Positions 25,261 through 37,287 of a stretch of DNA of 62,930 nucleotides are shown piece by piece. Under the pieces are notes generated by a model. That model did no database searches. It had not been told where the DNA came from and saw only the letters and a program-made list of their open reading frames with translations. Source of the DNA: Chiloscyllium plagiosum (Eukaryota); assembly GCF_004010195.1 (NCBI RefSeq), contig NC_057716.1, forward strand, positions 10,717,618 through 10,780,547, written 5' to 3'. Every line of letters starts with the position of its first letter. Positions within the stretch are counted from its first letter, which is position 1. The translations under genes were made by a program, and so were the position numbers.

Positions 25261-25409
25261 TACGTGGTTATGCATAGGCACATGGTGTCAATTAAAAACT
25301 GATTCAAATAGGTAAAACAGAGTTTAAAAAGAAAACTAAACTTCTGTGTTTCAGTATAGTGTTTTTGCGGTTGCCCAACTGGTCCTGAAGTGGTGATTGT
25401 GATACTCGA

Positions 25410-25740
25410 AACACATTTTTTAGAAGGTGTTTGGGCAACTCAATAAAGTGGTTAAAAAGACAGCCAGGCTCCATGGCATTATAAATCAAGTATCAAAGTA
25501 AAACAACTTGTGATGAAACTTCATGGAATATTATTCTACTTTCAACTGAAGTACGTGTTTCAATCTTGGCATAATATTTTGGGAAAAGTGCGAAGGTGCC
25601 AAGGATACTTATGAGAATTTTTCCAGGAATGAAGGACTTATTAGCCATGGATAGGCAGAGGTTGTTCTACCTGAGAGAAGTGCATAATGAGAGATATTTA
25701 ATAGTGGTATTCAAAAACATGAGATGTCTAAACGGTAACT
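25410..25740 (+). mobile_element. Degraded CR1 fragment closely resembling the one in copy 2 intron 2
   Basis: Shares gtggttaaaaagac..caggctccat..cattataaatca, ttagccatggatag and gagatgtcta with 21841-22135. Confidence 0.6.
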
Positions 25741-26226
25741 TTGGAGTAGTTTTCCTCACCCTCTTTATGCATAATTAGTGTGCTGTATGTTGGACTGAGT
25801 TGGTTTCTATTCCTTCACAATGTAGTGTCACGGTCAGTTATGGTCTGGGACTGGTTGCATTTTCATAGACTTTTGCTGGTATCGGCGTATTTGTATTTAT
25901 AAATCATACTCTCTGCCCAGTGCTCTGTTTTGGTAGATTTCTATCTGCCTATTCATGCCGATCCCTTTCGGTCTCGTCTGTCTAAGAAGAAGAATGCCCT
26001 GTATCTTGGAATAGTTAGACAATTCGTTGCTGAGAAATGTAATTTGCACTTGTCATACGAACATAAATTGTCCTGAAATTGAAATTCCTTATTTTGGTAT
26101 TGCATAAAATGCAGCAAGGCAATACAAAAAGCTTGTTGCTCCACATTTAATATTTGTTGATTTCATTGTTCACACCACCAAACATTCTGCTAAACAGTTT
26201 GAGTCTGGTTAGTGAGGTGACAATCT

Positions 26227-26360
26227 TCGAGGAGAAAGTGAGGGCTGCAGATGCTGGAGATCAGAGCTGAAAATGTGTTGCTGGAAAAGCGCAGCAGGTC
26301 AGGCAGCATCCAAGGAACAGGAGAATCGACGTTTCGGGCATAAGCCCTTCTTCAGGAAAC
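26227..26360 (-). mobile_element. Penelope-derived mini-element with 16-bp TSD
   Basis: TSD agtgaggtgaca(a/g)tct at 26211-26226 and 26361-26376; inserted into the Gypsy remnant. Confidence 0.8.
26328..26356 (-). ncRNA. Minimal hammerhead ribozyme core motif
   Basis: Minus strand reads CCUGAAGA-A-GGGC-UUAU-GCCC-GAAAC-GUC, i.e. CUGANGA box, stem II, GAAA box and NUH triplet, the type known from Penelope-like elements. Confidence 0.6.
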
Positions 26361-28850
26361 AGTGAGGTGACAGTCTGCTATGGGTCACTCCCTACAGTAC
26401 AAATGTCCTGAGATGGTTTGCCAGTGAAGTATGTTTTTTTTATTATTCGCTATCTGATGTGGGACATCGAATAAACTGAAAATAAAACTTATCATGTCAG
26501 TGATGGTCCCACTCAGTGTGATGCTAAGCCTCTGAAAAATAGGGAGTTAAGAAATGTAATCCATCACAAAGATGCAACCTTCTCAGTGTACTGTGAAAAG
26601 GTCTGTTGCTACCTTCATCCAAGGAGTGAATGGAACATTGTGTGAGTGTAGAGGCTCCCTCTAGTGGGATTGATACATCTGGCATGCCTCACATCCATTC
26701 ATGAGGCATTAATATTCTGATATATCCCAATGCAGAATCACATGCCAGCTGCCTTGTGAATTTCAATGCTAATGTGCCTCCGGTCTCGCATCAAAATGAT
26801 ATTGAGGTGTTACGTTTATGGTATTTGGACTTGCTTTTCCAAAAACATGCTTTGTCCTGATGTACCAAGTTGATCTCTGCCCAAGATGAACAAATCGTCT
26901 CAGACTCTTCTTGAATACTGTCAGCCCATTCCTGGACATTATTTTTCTTGCAACTCTTGTAGTTGCTTATCTTCAGCAGTAGCCAATAACATTTGCTCTG
27001 GCCAAAGTGTAATGGAGCAATTTTGAGAAAATCTTTAACTGTATAATCTTGAACCGCATTGTGTAGGTCAAGAGGTATATCCTGGTCTGTGTGTGGGTTG
27101 GGTAATCTGATCATCATGGTGCTTCTGAAGTAATCATCCTTGTGCCTGACTTAAATCTCACTTGCAAGTTATATTTTTTAAGACCATTGATGGATTTAGT
27201 TGTGCCACATGTAGTCTGTTCTGCCACAAAGGGTGCAGTTGAATCTCATGAATCGTAACTATACCGAGACTTGTGCATACTAGTAATCCCATCACTGCTT
27301 GTGTATTAGCATCACCAGGTAGAAGATTCTGGGAAGCCATAATTTTGCTAATGCACAGAAATGGTGATCCATTGTACACTCTGAGACAGTGTCTCCCAAG
27401 TGTACCACTTGGTGAGATACATACATTTTCTGAGTGCACAGTAGTAATATGTTGGCAGTAACTCCAATGTTGGTTTTGGCTTTCATTGTATGTTATTGTG
27501 CCTTTTCAGAGCAAATGATCCTAACGTATATAAAAGCTCCTGATCGCCTAATGCTGTTGACATGGTTATAAGTTGAATAACATAAAAAGCTTGGGCATTG
27601 TTTGAAATTTGATTTTCACTTGCTTTTGATTCTGAACTTTATTGATGAATTTGTGTGCATTTGTATACCATCTTTACACTTGCCTTGCAGCCAGTGTTGT
27701 ACCAACTTATCAACTGTGTATTGTTCTGGAATCTGGCCTAGCCTTTGGAATTAGATTTTCTGCACATGCATGCCTTATGTCCCTCAGTGCCATACATTCT
27801 ACAGGTATCAAGAAAAGTTGAATAATCATTTATACATAAGATATAATGGATCTCTTACATATTATATAGGGATTATGACTATATCAGTCATGTTAATTAT
27901 ATACAAAACATCTAATTGTTGTTAGTCTGATGCTATGGCTTCCTATTTCTATTGATCTTTAATTAATTCATCACACTGAGAAGATGATGCAAATAGATTT
28001 AGCTGGTGTAAATATGATGACTTAACATAATGAGCTTCTCCAGGGGTTTCACTTCTGAAAAGTAACACTCATGCTCTTTACTGTGGAATTCTGGTAAACT
28101 GGTCAGTAAACTCTTGGAGGTTGCTGTCTGTACAATGTGAGTTGGAGTCTGTTATGCATGAAGCTAATTCTTATAGATCTTTCCTGGATTTTTCTAATTG
28201 TCCATGAAAAGACCAAATGTGTTACTTATATGAAAATCCTCCTTTCCAATGGAAAATAAGATTATTAAAGGTCTTTTCTCAAGATTATCTATGGTTTGGT
28301 CTGTAAGGTATAATTGCATATGTTGCTTGGCCAAAGAATTCGATGAGGGTGTCATCAGATGCCAAATCTATAATGAGGTTTCAGTTTTCCATGATTCCAA
28401 TTAAAAGTGTTGCGTGTACCACCTTAACGTGCATGCCCCTAATTTTGTATTAATTTAAGTTAGAAGGTGCCCCTTCCTTAATAATAAAGACCTTGCAGGT
28501 TTGAAAAAAAATTAATTGCACCTTAATCAAAAGTAAATTAGTTCTGTTTGTTTTGGTGGTAAATGCCCTACCTAAGATCTGTCCCGACTGACTGTATTGA
28601 CAGAAACTGATGCCGCCTATGGCTAAGGAATTTACCCTTCATCCAAATAATGCATTGTCCAGTTAGTTTATAATTAATTTTCCTAATATATGCTACCACC
28701 ATTAACATTAGTGTGTTTGCCTCCAATAGGATATTTTAATTTAAGCAGCAATGTTAATGTTATTTCTTAAAACATAAGAAAGTGCATATGGATATTATGG
28801 CATTGATTATTCCAGGAGGTAGTTACTACAGCTAACCATTATGTACAAAG

Positions 28851-29635
28851 ATTGTACAGGTTAGGTGAGTGGTCAGATGCATGGCAGATGCAGTTTAATG
28901 TGGATAAATGTATGGTTATCCACGTTGGTGGCAAGAACAGGAAGGCAGATTGCTACCTAAATGGAATCAATTTAGGTAAAGGGGCAGTACAAAGAGATCT
29001 GGGTGTTCTTGTACACCAGTCAATGCAGGTTAGCATGCAGGTAAAGCAGGTAGTGAAGAAGGCTAATAGCATGCTGGCCTTCATAACAAGAGGGATTGAG
29101 TATAGAAGCAAAGAGGTTCTTCTGCAGCTGTACAGGGCCCTGGGGAGACCACACCTGGAGTACACTGTGCAGTTCTGGTCTCCAAATTTGAGNNNNNNNN
29201 NNNNNNNNNNNNNNNNNNNNNNNNNNNNNNNNNNNNNNNNNNNNNNNNNNNNNNNNNNNNNNNNNNNNNNNNNNNNNNNNNNNNNNNNNNNNNNNNNNNN
29301 NNNNNNNNNNNNNNNNNNNNNNNNNNNNNNNNNNNNNNNNNNNNNNNNNNNNNNNNNNNNNNNNNNNNNNNNNNNNNNNNNNNNNNNNNNNNNNNNNNNN
29401 NNNNNNNNNNNNNNNNNNNNNNNNNNNNACATCGTGGGCTGAAGGGCCTGTTCTGTGCTGCTGAGGAATGCGATTCATTTAAGAAAGAGTTGGATAGAGC
29501 TCTCAAGGATAGTGGAATCAAGGGTTATGGAGATAAGGCAGGAACAGGATACTGATTAAGGATGATCAGCCATGATCATATTGAATGGTGGTGCAGGCTC
29601 GAAGGGCAGAATGGCCTATTTCTGCACCTATTGTC
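28851..29635 (+). mobile_element. CR1 LINE 3' region spanning an assembly gap
   Basis: WQMQFNVDKC...QRDLGVLVH...LYRALGRPHLEYTVQFWSPNL. Confidence 0.9.
29193..29428. other. Assembly gap (236 N)
   Basis: Run of N; a second 6-N gap lies at 30758-30763. Confidence 1.
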
Positions 29636-29749
29636 GAAAAGTGCAGGAAGTGCTTGCCGAATGTCTAAAGTTTTGAATTAACCTGTTCAGGTATGTTATG
29701 ACATCCTTTGAAGCAGGTGGGACTTGAACTTAAGCATTGGGCAAAGAGA

Positions 29750-30990
29750 TGCATGAGAGGCAAACATTTTACACAGACGGTGGTTCATGTGTGGAATGAA
29801 CTTCCTGAGGAAGTCATAGATGTGGGTACAATTACTGTGGTTAAAAGACATTTGGATAGATGCATGAATGGGAAAGGTTTGGAGGGATATGGGCAAGGAG
29901 CAGGCAGGTGGGACTAGTTTAGTTTGGGATTATGTTCGGCATGGACTAGAGTCATAGAGTCATAGAGATGCACAGCATGGAAACAGATCCTTCGGTCCAA
30001 CCCGTCCGTGCCGACCAGATATCCTAACCCAATCTAGTCCCACCTGCCAGCACCCGGCCCATATCCCTCCAAATCCTTCCTATTTGTATATCCATTCAAG
30101 TGCCTCTTAAATGTTGCAATTGTACCAGCCTCCACCACATCCTCTGGCAGCTCATTCCATACACGTACCACCCTCTGCGTGAAAATGTTGCCCCTTAGGT
30201 CTCTTTTATATCTTTCCCCTCTCCCTAGACCTACGCTCTCTAGTCCTGGACTCCCCGACCCCAGGGGGAAAAGACTTTGTCTATTTATCCTTTCCATGCC
30301 CCTCATAATTTTGTAAACCTCTATAAGGTCACCCCTCAGCCTCCGATGCTCCAGGGAAAACAGCCCCAGCCGTTCAGCTTCTCTCTGTAGCTCAGATCCC
30401 CCAACCCTGGCAACATCTTTGTAAATCTTTTCTGAACCCTTTCAAGTTTCACAACATCTTTCCGATAGGAAGGAGACCAGAATTGCACGCAACATTCCAA
30501 CAGTGGCCTAACCAATGTCCTGTACAGCCGCAACATGACCTCCCAACTCCTGTACTCAATACTCTGACCAATAAAGGAAAGCATACCAAATGCCTTCTTC
30601 ACCATCCTATCTACCTGCAACTCCACTTTCAAGGAGCTATGCACCTGCACTCCAAGGCTCTTTGTTCAGCAACATTCCCTAGGAGTGTATAAGTCCTGCT
30701 AAGATTTGCTTTCCCAAAATGCAGCACCTTGCATTTATCTGAATTAAACTCCATCTGNNNNNNTCTACCTTTGAGCCAGTTCTGTATCCAAATAGCTAGT
30801 TCTCCCTGTATTCCATGAGATCTTACCTTGCTAATCAGTCTCCCATGGGAAACCTTGTCGAACGCCTTACTGAAGTCCATATAGATCACATCTACTGCTC
30901 TGCCCTCATCAATCTTCTTTGTTACTTCTTCAAAATTGGACTAATTGGACCAAAGGGTCTGTTTCAGTGCTGTAAGACTCTATAACTCTA
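29750..30990 (+). mobile_element. CR1 3' end interrupted by an antisense CR1
   Basis: FTQTVVHVWNELPEEVI...; the 3' tail resumes at ~30937 (ttggaccaaagggtctgtttc...ctctata). Confidence 0.7.
29948..30935 (-). mobile_element. CR1/HER1 LINE 3' fragment
   Basis: IYMDFSKAFDKVSHGRL, LYRTLVRPLLECCVQFWSP and FTQRVVRVWNELP, ending in a (ctctatga)n tail. Confidence 0.9.
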
Positions 30991-32021
30991 TCATGCTACC
31001 ACTGTACCACAAGAGTCCTCTTCTCTAATGTTAATCTATTGGATCGTACAAGTGGAGCATGTTTTCAATTAAGTGGTCTGAGATAAAACGGATTGTGAGA
31101 TCTTTAAACCCTCATGTCACGTGTTATTACACATTTATGATACCATGAGCATGTTGCTTAAGGGTTTACTAACCTACTGATTGTGAGACATGAAATGCCT
31201 GCTGTTTCTAACCAACTGATTATGTTACTTCTCCCTCTTCAACACACACAGCTGCATTAAACCAAACAAGGATCTCTCACTATTGCTACTTAAAGTCACC
31301 ACCTTTTGGGTGAAGTGATTCTGGTTGCTGATAGAGTGCCAATAGAAGCATTGCTTCGTGTTAGGGCTTAATGTAGATTCATCCAGTTAGAAGGAGTGGC
31401 ATTGATTAATAAAGTCTCTAGGTTTGCCATCTCCTATCATCTTTGAAGCTTTAGATGAAAGCCTCCTTGGGTAGCGACATTGTACAGATCTGTACACAGA
31501 GGAAGGACAGCAACTTTCAACATGAATCTGTACCTTTGTAAAATGCATGTCCTATTAGACACTCACACCCCATGAATATATAAAAGGGTTGTTAGTCATG
31601 CAATTATACTGCATAATTTTAAGTTGAGCCTTGTGTGTATACATACAAAGAATTAATATTAGAGAATCATATTCAAATTTGTTTTAGGTACAGCAGATGC
31701 AGAAATAATATTTTCTCCGGATCCTGAATCATAATCATTCATAATGCAGTTTGATAGGTACACGAGGATGAAAGATTATGGTTTACGAAGCAATCTAGGA
31801 TTGTCTGATGAATACCACTGCTCTTCCAATGAGCCACCATCGGCACAAGATACTGACTGATTTCATTCTGTCCTGTGTTTTGAAGACACTATGATTCTAA
31901 GTGTTCTTCACTATGGCATTAAATGACCAACTTGAAAATAGCAAGAATGTAACAATGTTGGATTCTGAGCATTGAGGAACAAGGCATTCTTGATGTACAT
32001 GTCTGCAGATCCCTGAAGGTG

Positions 32022-34020
32022 GGTTGATTTGATTTATTATTGTCACACGTACCCAAGTACAGTGAAAAGTTTTGTTTTGTATGCAGTAAAGGCAGATAAT
32101 AACGTATGAGGACATACAGATCATAGGGTAATTGAACAGAATTCATACAAAGCATATAAAGTCACAGCTGTGCAGAAGATGATCAACATTAGATTTGAAA
32201 TTTGAGAGGTCCACTCAGCAGTCCAATGACAGCAGAGAAGAAGCTGTCCCTGAACCTGTTTGCACGTATGTTTAAGCTTCTGTATCTTCTGCCTGATAGA
32301 AGAGGTTGGAAGAGAGCATTACCGGGTGGGAGGGGTCTTTGATAATATTGGTTGCCTTTCCATGGCAATGATGGGAAGTTGATTCTGTGGTGTTCTGCGG
32401 TATGTTCACAACTATCTTAGTTTCTTACGGTCTTGGACAGCGCAGTTGCCATACTAAGTCATGTGATGCACCGGGATAGAATGCTTTCTGTGGTGCATCT
32501 ATAAAGGTTGCTGAGGCTCCTTAGGGATGTGCCGATTAGCCTTAGTCTCCTGAGGAAGAAGAGGTTTTGTTGTGCCTTCTTGACCATCAAATCTACATGG
32601 GAGGTCCAGGATAGGTTGTTGGTTATTGTCACTCCTAGAAACTTAACGCTCTTGACTATCTCCTCCTCAGCTCCGCTGATGTAGATTAAGGGCATGTCCT
32701 CCTCCTTGATTCCTGAAGTTAATGATCAGCTCTTTCGTTTTGCTGAGATTGAGGGAGAGATTGTTCTCTTTGCACCATGTCACCAAGCATTTTATCTCCT
32801 TCCTGTATTCTGTCTCGTCATTGTTTGATATCCAGCCTACAATGGTGGTGTTGTTAGCAAACTTGTAGTTGGAGTTCCAATAAAATTTGGTCACACAGAC
32901 ATGAGTGGACAGGAAGTACTGTAGGATGCTGAGTACACATTCTCACAGGGTGCCGGTGTTGAGGATTAGCGTGGACGAGGTGCTGTTGTCTATCCTCACT
33001 GAATACGGTCTGTGGGTCAGGAAGTCAAGGATCTAGTTGCAAATGATGGAGCATCAACCTAGCTCTTGGAGTTTGGACATTAGTTTGGTTAGGATTATAG
33101 TGTTGAAGGCAGAGCTGTAGTCGATAAGTAGAAGCCTGATGTAGGTATCCTTATTATAAAGATGTTCCAGGGATGAGTGCAAGGTTGGGGAAATGATATC
33201 TGTTGTGGACCTGTTGCTCCGGCAAGTGAATTACGAGGGATTGAGGCAGGCTGGGAGGCTCGAGTTGATGTGAGCCATGACTATCCTCTCGAAGCACTTC
33301 ATAATTATAGAGGTCAGAGCCATTGGGTGGTAGCCATTGAGGCACATTATATGTGCTTTATTTGGTACCAGGATAATGGTGGTGTTCTTGAAGCAGGTGG
33401 GGACTTCAGGTTGTAGCAAGGAGAGATTAAAGGTGTCAGCAAATACTCCCGCCAGCTGGTTCACACAGGATCTAAGTGCACAGCCAGGGACTCCATCCGG
33501 GCCAGTTGCTTTCTATGAATTCACTCTCAAGAAGGTCAATCAGATGTCTACAGCGGTGATTGAGGGAATAAGTCCCTCTGGGACTGTTGGGGCAGATGAC
33601 ACCATTTCACTTGCACTCTGCTCGAACTGAGCCTAAAAAGCATTGTGCGCATCAGGTAGGGATGTGTTTCTGTCTGCTATTCTGCTCTACCTCATTTTGT
33701 ATCCCATGATGTAGTGTAGGCCTTGCTACAGACAGTAGGAGTCCAAGTGGTAGGTTTGGTTCTCTAACTTAGTGCGGTATTGCCTCTTGGCACCTCTAAT
33801 GGCCTTGCAGAGATGATATCTAGATTTCCTGTAAAAGTCTGGGTTGTCTAACTTGAACACCCAAAGCCTGGTTTTCAGTAAGCAATAGATTTCCTGGTTA
33901 ATCCAAGATTTCCGGTTGGGGAACATACAGATTGACTTCTTTGGCACACAGTCTTCTGTGCACTTGGCAATGAAGTCTGTGACACTAGTGGCATACTTGT
34001 CTGGATTGGCCACTGAATTC
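32022..34020 (-). mobile_element. Rex1/Babar-clade LINE RT region and 3' end
   Basis: QLAGVFADTFNLSL..EVPTCFK.TTII.VP, ALTSIIMKCFERIV, KFANNTTIVG.ISNNDETEYR, LNLSKTKELIINFR and KFLGVTITNNLSW. Confidence 0.88.
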
Positions 34021-34114
34021 TTGAAAGGATGTTGAAGAAAACAAACAGGACACTTGCCTTCATTAGCCAAGGTGTAAAATACAGGAGTAAGAAAGTCTTG
34101 TTTTAACCACAGAT

Positions 34115-34910
34115 GGAATACTCCCCACCCGTATCAGCGTGCTGGAGAGACTAATTCCTCCGCGACTCCCTTGTCAAATCCACGCCTCCCACCAGCCCAC
34201 CCCACATTCCTAGCACCTTCCCCTGCCACCACAGGAAGTGCATAACCTGCACCCACACCTCCCTCCTCATCTCCATCCAAGGCGTCAAAGGATCCTTCCA
34301 CATCCAACAGAAATTTACCTGTACCTCCACAAATATCATCTACTGTATCCGTTGCACCCGATGTGGTCTCCTCTACACTGGGGAGACAGGACGTCAACTT
34401 GCAGATCATTTCAGTGAATATCTCTGGGGCACCCATATCAACCCTGTGGCTGAACACTTCAACTCCCCTCCCGCTCTGCCAGGGTCATCCGTGTCCTGGG
34501 CCTCTTCCATCACCACTCCCGTACCACTCGATGCCCAGAGGAAAACACCTCATCTTCTGCCTTGGAACCCCACAACCACATGGGATCAATGTGGATTTCA
34601 TCGATTTCCTCATTTCCATTCCCCTCACATTATTCCAGTCCAAAGATCCAATTCAACACCGCCCTCTTGACTTGATCTTTCCCATCTATCCGCTCCACCC
34701 TTCACTCCATCCTGACACCATCTCCCCCACCTTCATCTATTGCAATCTCAGCAACTTTTCCCCTAGCTCCACCGCCCTTCCAATTATCTCTCAGTCCCCC
34801 TTGCCCACAAGCCTCATTTCAAATGAAGGGCTTATCCCTGTAACGTCGATTGTCCTACTCCTCGGATGCAGCCTGACTTGCTGTGCTTTTCCAGCACCAC
34901 AATCTTGACT
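34115..34910 (+). mobile_element. Penelope-like element 3' part (GIY-YIG endonuclease plus terminus)
   Basis: KFTCTSTNIIYCIRCTRCGLLYTGETGRQLADHF and VAEHFNSP, followed by the terminus shared with the mini-elements. Confidence 0.88.
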
Positions 34911-34911
34911 T

Positions 34912-36560
34912 TTGCCAGTCAGCCAATCCTTTATCCATGCCAGTAGATGCCCCTAACACCATGGTTTCTTGTCTTATTTAGCAGCAGTGTGCACCTTGTC
35001 AAAGGACTCCTGGAAATCCAAATAGATTATGTCCACTAGCTCTCATTTGTCTAACTTGCTCATTACCTCCATAAAGAATTCTAACAGATTTATTAGGCAT
35101 CATCCCCACTTGGTGAAGTTGTGCTGACTCAGCCCTATTTTACCATGTACTTTCAAGTACTCCACAATCTCAACCTGACAATAGACTCTAAAATCTTATC
35201 AATGATTAAGGTCAGGCTAACTGGCTTATAGTTTCCTGTCTTCTCCCTCTTTCCCTTCTTAAACAGGGGTGTTACACATTATCCAGTTCTTTTGGACCCT
35301 CTCTGACCCCTGTGATTCCTGAAAGATCATCACCAATGTCTCTACAACCTCTTTCTGAACTCTAGAGTGTAGTTCATCTGGTTGAGGTGATTTCAGACCT
35401 TACAGCTTCCCCAGCACCTTCTCCTTAGTGACAAAAATAGAAATTGCTGGAAAAGCTCAGCAGGTCTGGCAGCATCTGTGGAGAGATATCAAAGTTAACG
35501 TTTGGGGTTGAGTGACCCTTCTTCAGAACTTCCTCAGAACCTGCCCTCATATTTCATCTTCTTCCCCTTATTGCTTGTTAGTTGTCCTCTGCTGGTTTTT
35601 AAAGGCTTCCCATCAATCTTTACTACATATATGCTTTTGTTTTTGCTTTTACACTGCCCTGATTTCCCTTGTCAGCTATGGTTGCCTTGTCTTTCCCTTA
35701 GTATGTTTCTTCTTCCCTGGAATGAATTTCTGCAGTGCTTCCCGAATTACCCTCAGAAACTCCTACCATTGCTACTCCACTGTCTTCCCTTTCAATCAAC
35801 TCTGGCCAGCTCCTCCCTCATGTCTTTGTGGTTGCTGTTACTCAACTGTAATACCATGATACTTGATTCCAGGTTCTGCCTCTCAAACTGCAGGGTGAAT
35901 ACTATCATGTAATGGTCACCGCCCCCTGGGAGTTCCTTCACCTTCAGCTCCCTAATCAGGTCTACCTTATCATAGATCACCAAATCCAGATTTGTTCCCT
36001 AGTGGACTCAACCATATGCTGCTCAAAAAAAAATCTCCAAATATTTCATGAATTTCTTTTCTCAAGATCCACTACCAATCTGGTTTTCCCAGTCCGCCTA
36101 CATATTGAAGTCCTCCATGATTATTGTAATAGTGCCTTTTTTACGTGTATTTTGTGTTTCCCAAATTATTTTCTGTTCCACATCCTGACTACTGCTAGGA
36201 GACTTGTACATAGCTCTCATTAGAGTCTTTTCGGCCTTTACGGTTCCTCAACTGATTCCACATCCCCCAACGTTATGTCACTTCTCGCTATTGATTTAAA
36301 TTCATTTCTTACCAACAAGGCAAGCTTACCATCTCTGCTCGTGTGCCTATCCTTTCAATAGAACATGTATCCTTGGGTATTTAGGTTCCAGCCCTAATCC
36401 CTTTACAGCTATGTCTCTGTGACATCCGCAACATCGTACCCACCGATTTCAATCTGCGCTACAAGCTCATTTACCTTGGTTCATATACTGTACGCATTTA
36501 AGTACAAGCCCCAAAGTCCAGCACTGGCTGCTTCTCTTCTCAGCTCCCTTGTCTGCTGCA
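34912..36560 (-). mobile_element. CR1 LINE ORF2 (endonuclease to RT) fragment
   Basis: LIRELKVKELPGGGDHYMIVFTLQFE; NYKPVSLT-like and YLDFQ..FDKV motifs. Confidence 0.8.
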
Positions 36561-37233
36561 TCTGAAATAAGATTCAAGACCTTTTTCATACTCTCTGACC
36601 TATTACTTGTTCTGGAAACTTTAATATCCTCTACTGAGTCCTCCCCTCTGCCTTTGACATTTTCCTTAATTTTTCATGCAACTGAACCCATGTCTCTGGA
36701 TTCACGTTACTGGCTGCATAGACACTTGTCTGAAAGCTCATATTATTATCATTCACCCAATCTTCTTAAGTTTCAGTAGTATGCACAGGGTTACCATCAG
36801 TGAATTGAATATATAACCTTACCACATAAGGGAAAATTGAATACAGTTATTGTCCAATAATCACCTAAAAATCCACATAAATCCAAATAGAATTTCCTGG
36901 ATTTTCATTTTGTTGGCTCAGAAATCAAATTTATTGCTATTCATTTTTTTTAAACGATTAATGTCCGTTAGTTAGATGACACTTTCTGAATAAATGATGT
37001 TACAATTTTTTTTGTATTTTGTACTAAAGACGAGTCATATTTTCCCAAAATATGATGGGGGATTCAGCTACCTGAATGCTTATTTAATTGGAAGCTACAT
37101 TGCAGAATTGTTATTAATTTGACAGTGAAAATATATTTCTCCATGATTATTATAATTTCATGATAATACACTGTCTCCAACAGATAAACAAAAACATGAC
37201 TCAGAAACAAAAATCAGTTCTGCTGATAGCACA

Positions 37234-37239
37234 TTTATT
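37234..37239 (-). terminator. Polyadenylation signal, copy 3
   Basis: AATAAA about 50 nt after the stop codon. Confidence 0.7.
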
Positions 37240-37287
37240 ATATTTCAGAATAATACACTATGTCAGAATTCAGGTTTCAACAACAAT

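Larger units (their letters stand above)
25750..28450 (-). mobile_element. Decayed Gypsy LTR-retrotransposon internal region (gag/protease, RT apparently deleted, integrase)
   Basis: Protease-like KTNIGVTANILLL, LRVYNGSPF and LGIVTIHEI; RLPNPHTDQDIPLDLH...QEWADSIQE; integrase CEACQMYQSH*REPLHSHNVPFTPWMKVATDLFT. Confidence 0.75.

Noticed and set aside
26791-27486. Minus-strand ORFs first looked like a foamy-virus env fragment
   Set aside because: Adjacent frames give Gypsy protease and integrase motifs (CEACQ...PWMKVATDLF) in pol order, so this is Gypsy pol debris.
28953-29521. Long ORFs around 29.2-29.4 kb
   Set aside because: Artefacts of the 236-N gap.
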